Source: Anthoceros angustus
Lineage: Eukaryota > Plantae > Anthocerotophyta
NCBI GenBank assembly: GCA_010909165.1
Contig: MU008181.1
Location: 1-64,000 of the forward strand
Direction of reading: 5' to 3'
Length of the DNA: 64,000 nucleotides
Every line of letters begins with the position of its first letter. Position 1 is the stretch's first letter. A program made the position numbers and the translations under genes. The notes under the pieces were generated by a model. It saw nothing but the letters and a program-made list of their open reading frames with translations, was not told the origin of the DNA and did not search any database. Shown here piece by piece: positions 59,908 through 64,000 of this stretch.

Positions 59908-62900
59908 TCAAAGGCTGTTGATGTTGGAGGAAGTAGTCCGAACGAGCTTCGCATCCTCGTCAAGATTCTCCAGGACTTTGAACACTTCGACGGAGAGGCC
60001 GGCGTTTGAGAGGATGAGGATCCAGGCACGCTGCTGCTCCGAGAGCCGGTCCCGGGGGCCCTTCACTTCCACTAGCTTCGCGTCGCCGTGGGCCCTTGGG
60101 CGGCTGTGCGCGGTCCCGGCTGATGAACAGCTGCATTTGGAGCAAGTGGTGTCGTGAGTACTTGGTTCCTGTTGAGGCTTGCGCCATAGCAGGAGGTCTG
60201 GCATTCCCCCGCTCAAGCCTTTGTGGTCTTCTGCGAGAAGCTTGCAGATGGCTGCGAGTCCGATTCCCCCGATGCACTCCGCGATGGTCTGGAGTTCTGG
60301 AAGTGTGTGGCGCTCCCAGTTCACGCCTGTACACAAAGTGCCGTAGTGGGAGTTCCATGATTCTGCCAGAAGGTGGGTGATGTCTTGTGTGCGGATGACG
60401 TCCAGCCTTTCTTCGATGATTGATTCCCTCGTGGGGTAGAATGACTCGGTGTCCAGGTCCAGAGGAGCAGTCTGGAAATGTACTTGAACAGATCAGCGTG
60501 AAAGACGTCCACATGACAGAAAGCAGCCAATGGAGCGGAATACACGGCACCTGGAATGGTGTTTGGAACACATTAGGGATGTCAGCAAAGAGCACGTCCC
60601 ACATCAATATGCCGAAGAAAGTCATCCATATGCCCCCCTCCGAGTGCACGCCATGCCATCCGCCACCTAGATCTCCAGCATAAAATTGGAGGGCAAGTTC
60701 TTCCACCCCACATTGCTGACCATTGAATCCATAGAATCTGCTTTTCACACCAGTCACTGATTTCAGTGGCCTGCCGCGGATCTGAACCTGATGATGAAGG
60801 ACAACAACAAGACCAGAAGATCAGAGAATGACTACAAGGTTGATATTCTAGAGTATGGATCACATTCATAACCAGTCCTTACTTCTGTGCATTTTCGTTC
60901 GACAACATCTGCATATGGTGGTCTTTTCCACCGCCTTGGAGGCTTCCCCAAGCGGATAACACGCCGCTGAAGAGACACACAGTCACCCCCTCGGATAAAG
61001 GGGTCGTTCACGCCTTGTTCAGCTACCTGCAAGCTCTCTTCCTTGCGACCCAGATGTTCTAGGTCCGTTGACAACCTCACAGTCCAGTAGCCCCGTCGTC
61101 CAGGGCAGCACCTCTTACTCAGCAGAAGTCTTAGAATCTTCAAAGCTTCTGCATACCTGAATATTAAAACTGCATGAGGGGCACAGTGCACGTTCGGCTG
61201 GCAGCCTAAGTGACAAGCAAAGCAAGCAAGGACCTACCTTTTTTCACGTTCAAGGAGGGAAACACCTAAGGTGCAAACAGTAGCGTACACCCAGACTGCT
61301 GAGAATCGAGCAAGAAAAGTTTTGCTGATATCAGAAGAAACATCTTGGCCAGATTGGAGCTCGTTAACTGCCTTCTTAAGAAGATCCAAAGCAGCTTGCG
61401 AGTCATTCGACTCCAGCGCCATGTCCATTGCTTGGCCCACTTCTAAAGCCTGCTCATGTTACGGACAAAAACACTAAAAGAGTAAGTTCTTACAGAGGAC
61501 TTGACACACATGAGGATGGTACGACTTCGAAAAGATAAATGACACAACCTGTTCATAGCAAACAAGCGCGTCCCTCGTCAGAAAAACATGCTGAGTACGT
61601 TGACATTTATATGATGGGTATTTGAGAACACCCATATCCACCAAAAGAAACGAAGATAGCTCCTGCCCTCCATTAAGGAAAAAAAGCCTCTGTCAACGGC
61701 ACGACAAAATGAGTCACCGGGACTGCCAAAATGAGCACAAAAGAACATTATGCCAGTGGCTCACAGGATACCTGTAACCGCCACAGCAAGAAACTAGCGG
61801 TGTCGGCAAGGCGTACACAAGTCCCAGTGATTTCTGACACCAAGCTCATGAAGTCCACATGTCTGCACAGGATGTAATGCAACCTGTTTGAAGGACTACG
61901 AGTAGCAAAAAGCTGGACAGTCTCACTCCAGATTTCATTCCGTTTTATCAGTAGGTGCCCTCACCTTAGGCCGTCTGAAATACAGCTTTGCTTTTGCAGT
62001 GCTGCAGCTATTCCTGCATTGATGAGCTCTTCTCGCTTGGCCAATGCAGCCTCGCTTTTTGTCTGCTACAGCACAGGCAATAGATTTACTCTTCGAATTC
62101 AAACTTAGGTCAACATATTCTACAAAATGCCTCAATCATGATCAACCTCATTGGCCATTGTGCTCACCTTCACTTGGGCAGAGCTCAGTAACTTCCTCAA
62201 TTCAGGAACATTTAAGACTTCCAACCTCTCCCGAAGGCCAGACTCATTACATCCCTCGTCATATGAGAATTCAGCGGTTGTGAAATATTTTGCATCTTCA
62301 AGATGAAGGACGACTTGTCAAGGAAACAGGGACAAGGAATCATCTTCAACCAGGAAGGAAAACCACCTTGGAAGCATTACCAAGAAGGCTTTGACTTGCT
62401 GAATTGACATCTCCAATGTCCATATACGCTATGTTACAAATACGAAACCAGGGGCCTGCAGTAAGTTGAAAGAGTTAGGCGGCAAAATGTTTGCCGTTCA
62501 AGACCAGTGCAACATGTGATGTACCTTTTCGTTGATAGAGTCGTAGAAAGAGTCGTTGTGCATCATCTGACAAACTTGTGAAAGATACTGCAGAACAACC
62601 AATACAGTGAGCACGACGTAATTGCACATGAATCAGAGCAGCACTTCTCCTAGGATATGAAGTGCTTGCTCAACGAATCCATCAGCGTATACCTAAAAAA
62701 GCTCTCTCCTCCTCTGAAAACAAGTGAGAATCTTGTTCCAGCACTTTTTCGAGTAAATAAAGGAAGTTCTCTTGATATTTGGAGACCCGTCTTTGCACAA
62801 CTGGCTGCTCACTACTAGCTACACCTGCAGCGAGTAACACATTTTGCCAGCTTGCTTCAAGGTCTTCTTTTGACTCAGAGCCTCCTCCACACACAGACTT

Positions 62901-63970
62901 TAATAGAAGACTGACTGGTACACTCTTGTAGATTTGCTCTGGTACACCTGTCACAGTACCCTGAACATCTATGCTTCAGTCAACAAAAGGAGACTGGACT
63001 TTCACAGCAGTTTACGTTAGGTGCTTATCACCATGAAGTTCAGGACTCCAACGTAGAAGTAGAAGTACTGGCTTCACAAGAAATGAAGTGCCATTCCACC
63101 CATTCGGAGAACTACCTGGATGTCCAAGTTGAACTTGTCCATAAGGGGCGCAAGATGAATGGCAAGCTCTCTAGGTACATGTCCCAAGGCAGGACCTGCA
63201 GGAGATGTTGAAGGTACAACCTGAATCTCAAGCACAGCGGGTATGAGTGTGGAATCTAAACGAGACTGCGTTCTCTGCAATTGAGGCTGAAACTTTGATC
63301 CAAAACAGCTTATACATTCTACCTCAATAGCATTGGCATCCTGTGTATTGTCTGGTTCTCTGCGAAGTGCGACAAGCATCCCCTTTCCTATTTGAACTCC
63401 TCGTCTAAATCGTCGACCAACAATGCGAGAGCACAATACACCAAGACACAACATATCAGCTGGTTCAGCTTTCAACTCTGGTATCTCTTCATTCCCAGCT
63501 TCTGCCCGCAAATTACTATGGCAGATGCAACTACAGTGGTGTGAAGAATGGGAGCTGTCAGCTTCGTCCAGAATTGCACTGCCCTCGGGACTCCTTGCAT
63601 GTAGCCAACTTGTGGCTGATATCTTAGAGCTAGTTGAGCTACATCTCTGATCAACATGTGCAGTGATTTGCCCAACCACACTCCCATAATGACTAGAAAT
63701 CTTGTTTTCTTGCTTGTCCAGATCCGCTCTCAATACCTCGGCAGCGTTGACCTTGACTGCTATTGACATGCTTCCAGGCGTTGAAGGTGCAGTATTACTG
63801 AAGGCAGTTACTTTACTGGCAGCGAACTTGATGACCCCTTGAGCGACATTAACACTCTTCGAAGCAAAACGAGAAAGCGTTGCCTGTGTACATTTCCGTT
63901 TCTTGGTGCTTCCAAGACATGAATCTGCAGGTGGAACAAAGGATAAGGAAGGGTGCAACATAAAACACAA
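59908..63970 (-). CDS. FAN1: Fanconi-associated nuclease 1 homolog (HIRAN + VRR-NUC), multi-exon, 5' end beyond the window
   Basis: HIRAN: IVGRRF...LRREPDNTQDANAIEV...LGHVPRELA (63074..63970). Central exons RLSTDLEHLG...RVIRLGKPPRRWK and GWHGVHSEGGIWMTFFGILMWDVLF. VRR-NUC: GGMPDLLLW...LVEVKGPRDRLSEQQRAWI (59908..60336). Confidence 0.95.
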
Positions 63971-64000
63971 GAAACTAGTCTACAGCACAGTCCAAACCTA

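Overview
Eukaryotic land-plant nuclear DNA; C4H/CYP73A is a land-plant enzyme. The short introns and high GC suggest a compact seed-free plant genome such as a hornwort or lycophyte, but that is inference only. The first ~39 kb is a nest of decayed transposons: (i) a minus-strand Ty3/gypsy element (1-~4380) whose pol carries a C5 cytosine DNA methyltransferase of DNMT3 type between protease and reverse transcriptase; (ii) an unclassified GC-rich repeat; (iii) two Ty1/copia elements, each with unexplained coding sequence upstream of gag; (iv) gypsy and LTR fragments; (v) a 279-N gap; (vi) a Sola-like DNA transposase facing convergent passenger ORFs with two RING-like motifs. The last ~20 kb is gene-dense: an MRS2/CorA Mg2+ transporter (-), a multi-exon gene of unknown function (+), cinnamate 4-hydroxylase (-) and the 3' part of the nuclease FAN1 (-). 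Four near-identical tandem duplications (32-39 kb, 39.5-44.9 kb, 49.3-52.3 kb, 54.5-57.9 kb) differ mostly by 1-3 nt indels and may be long-read assembly artefacts. The most interesting signal is the methyltransferase-carrying gypsy element. I recall a precedent in charophyte algae, so its novelty rests on the land-plant host and needs a database check. Transposon boundaries are approximate.
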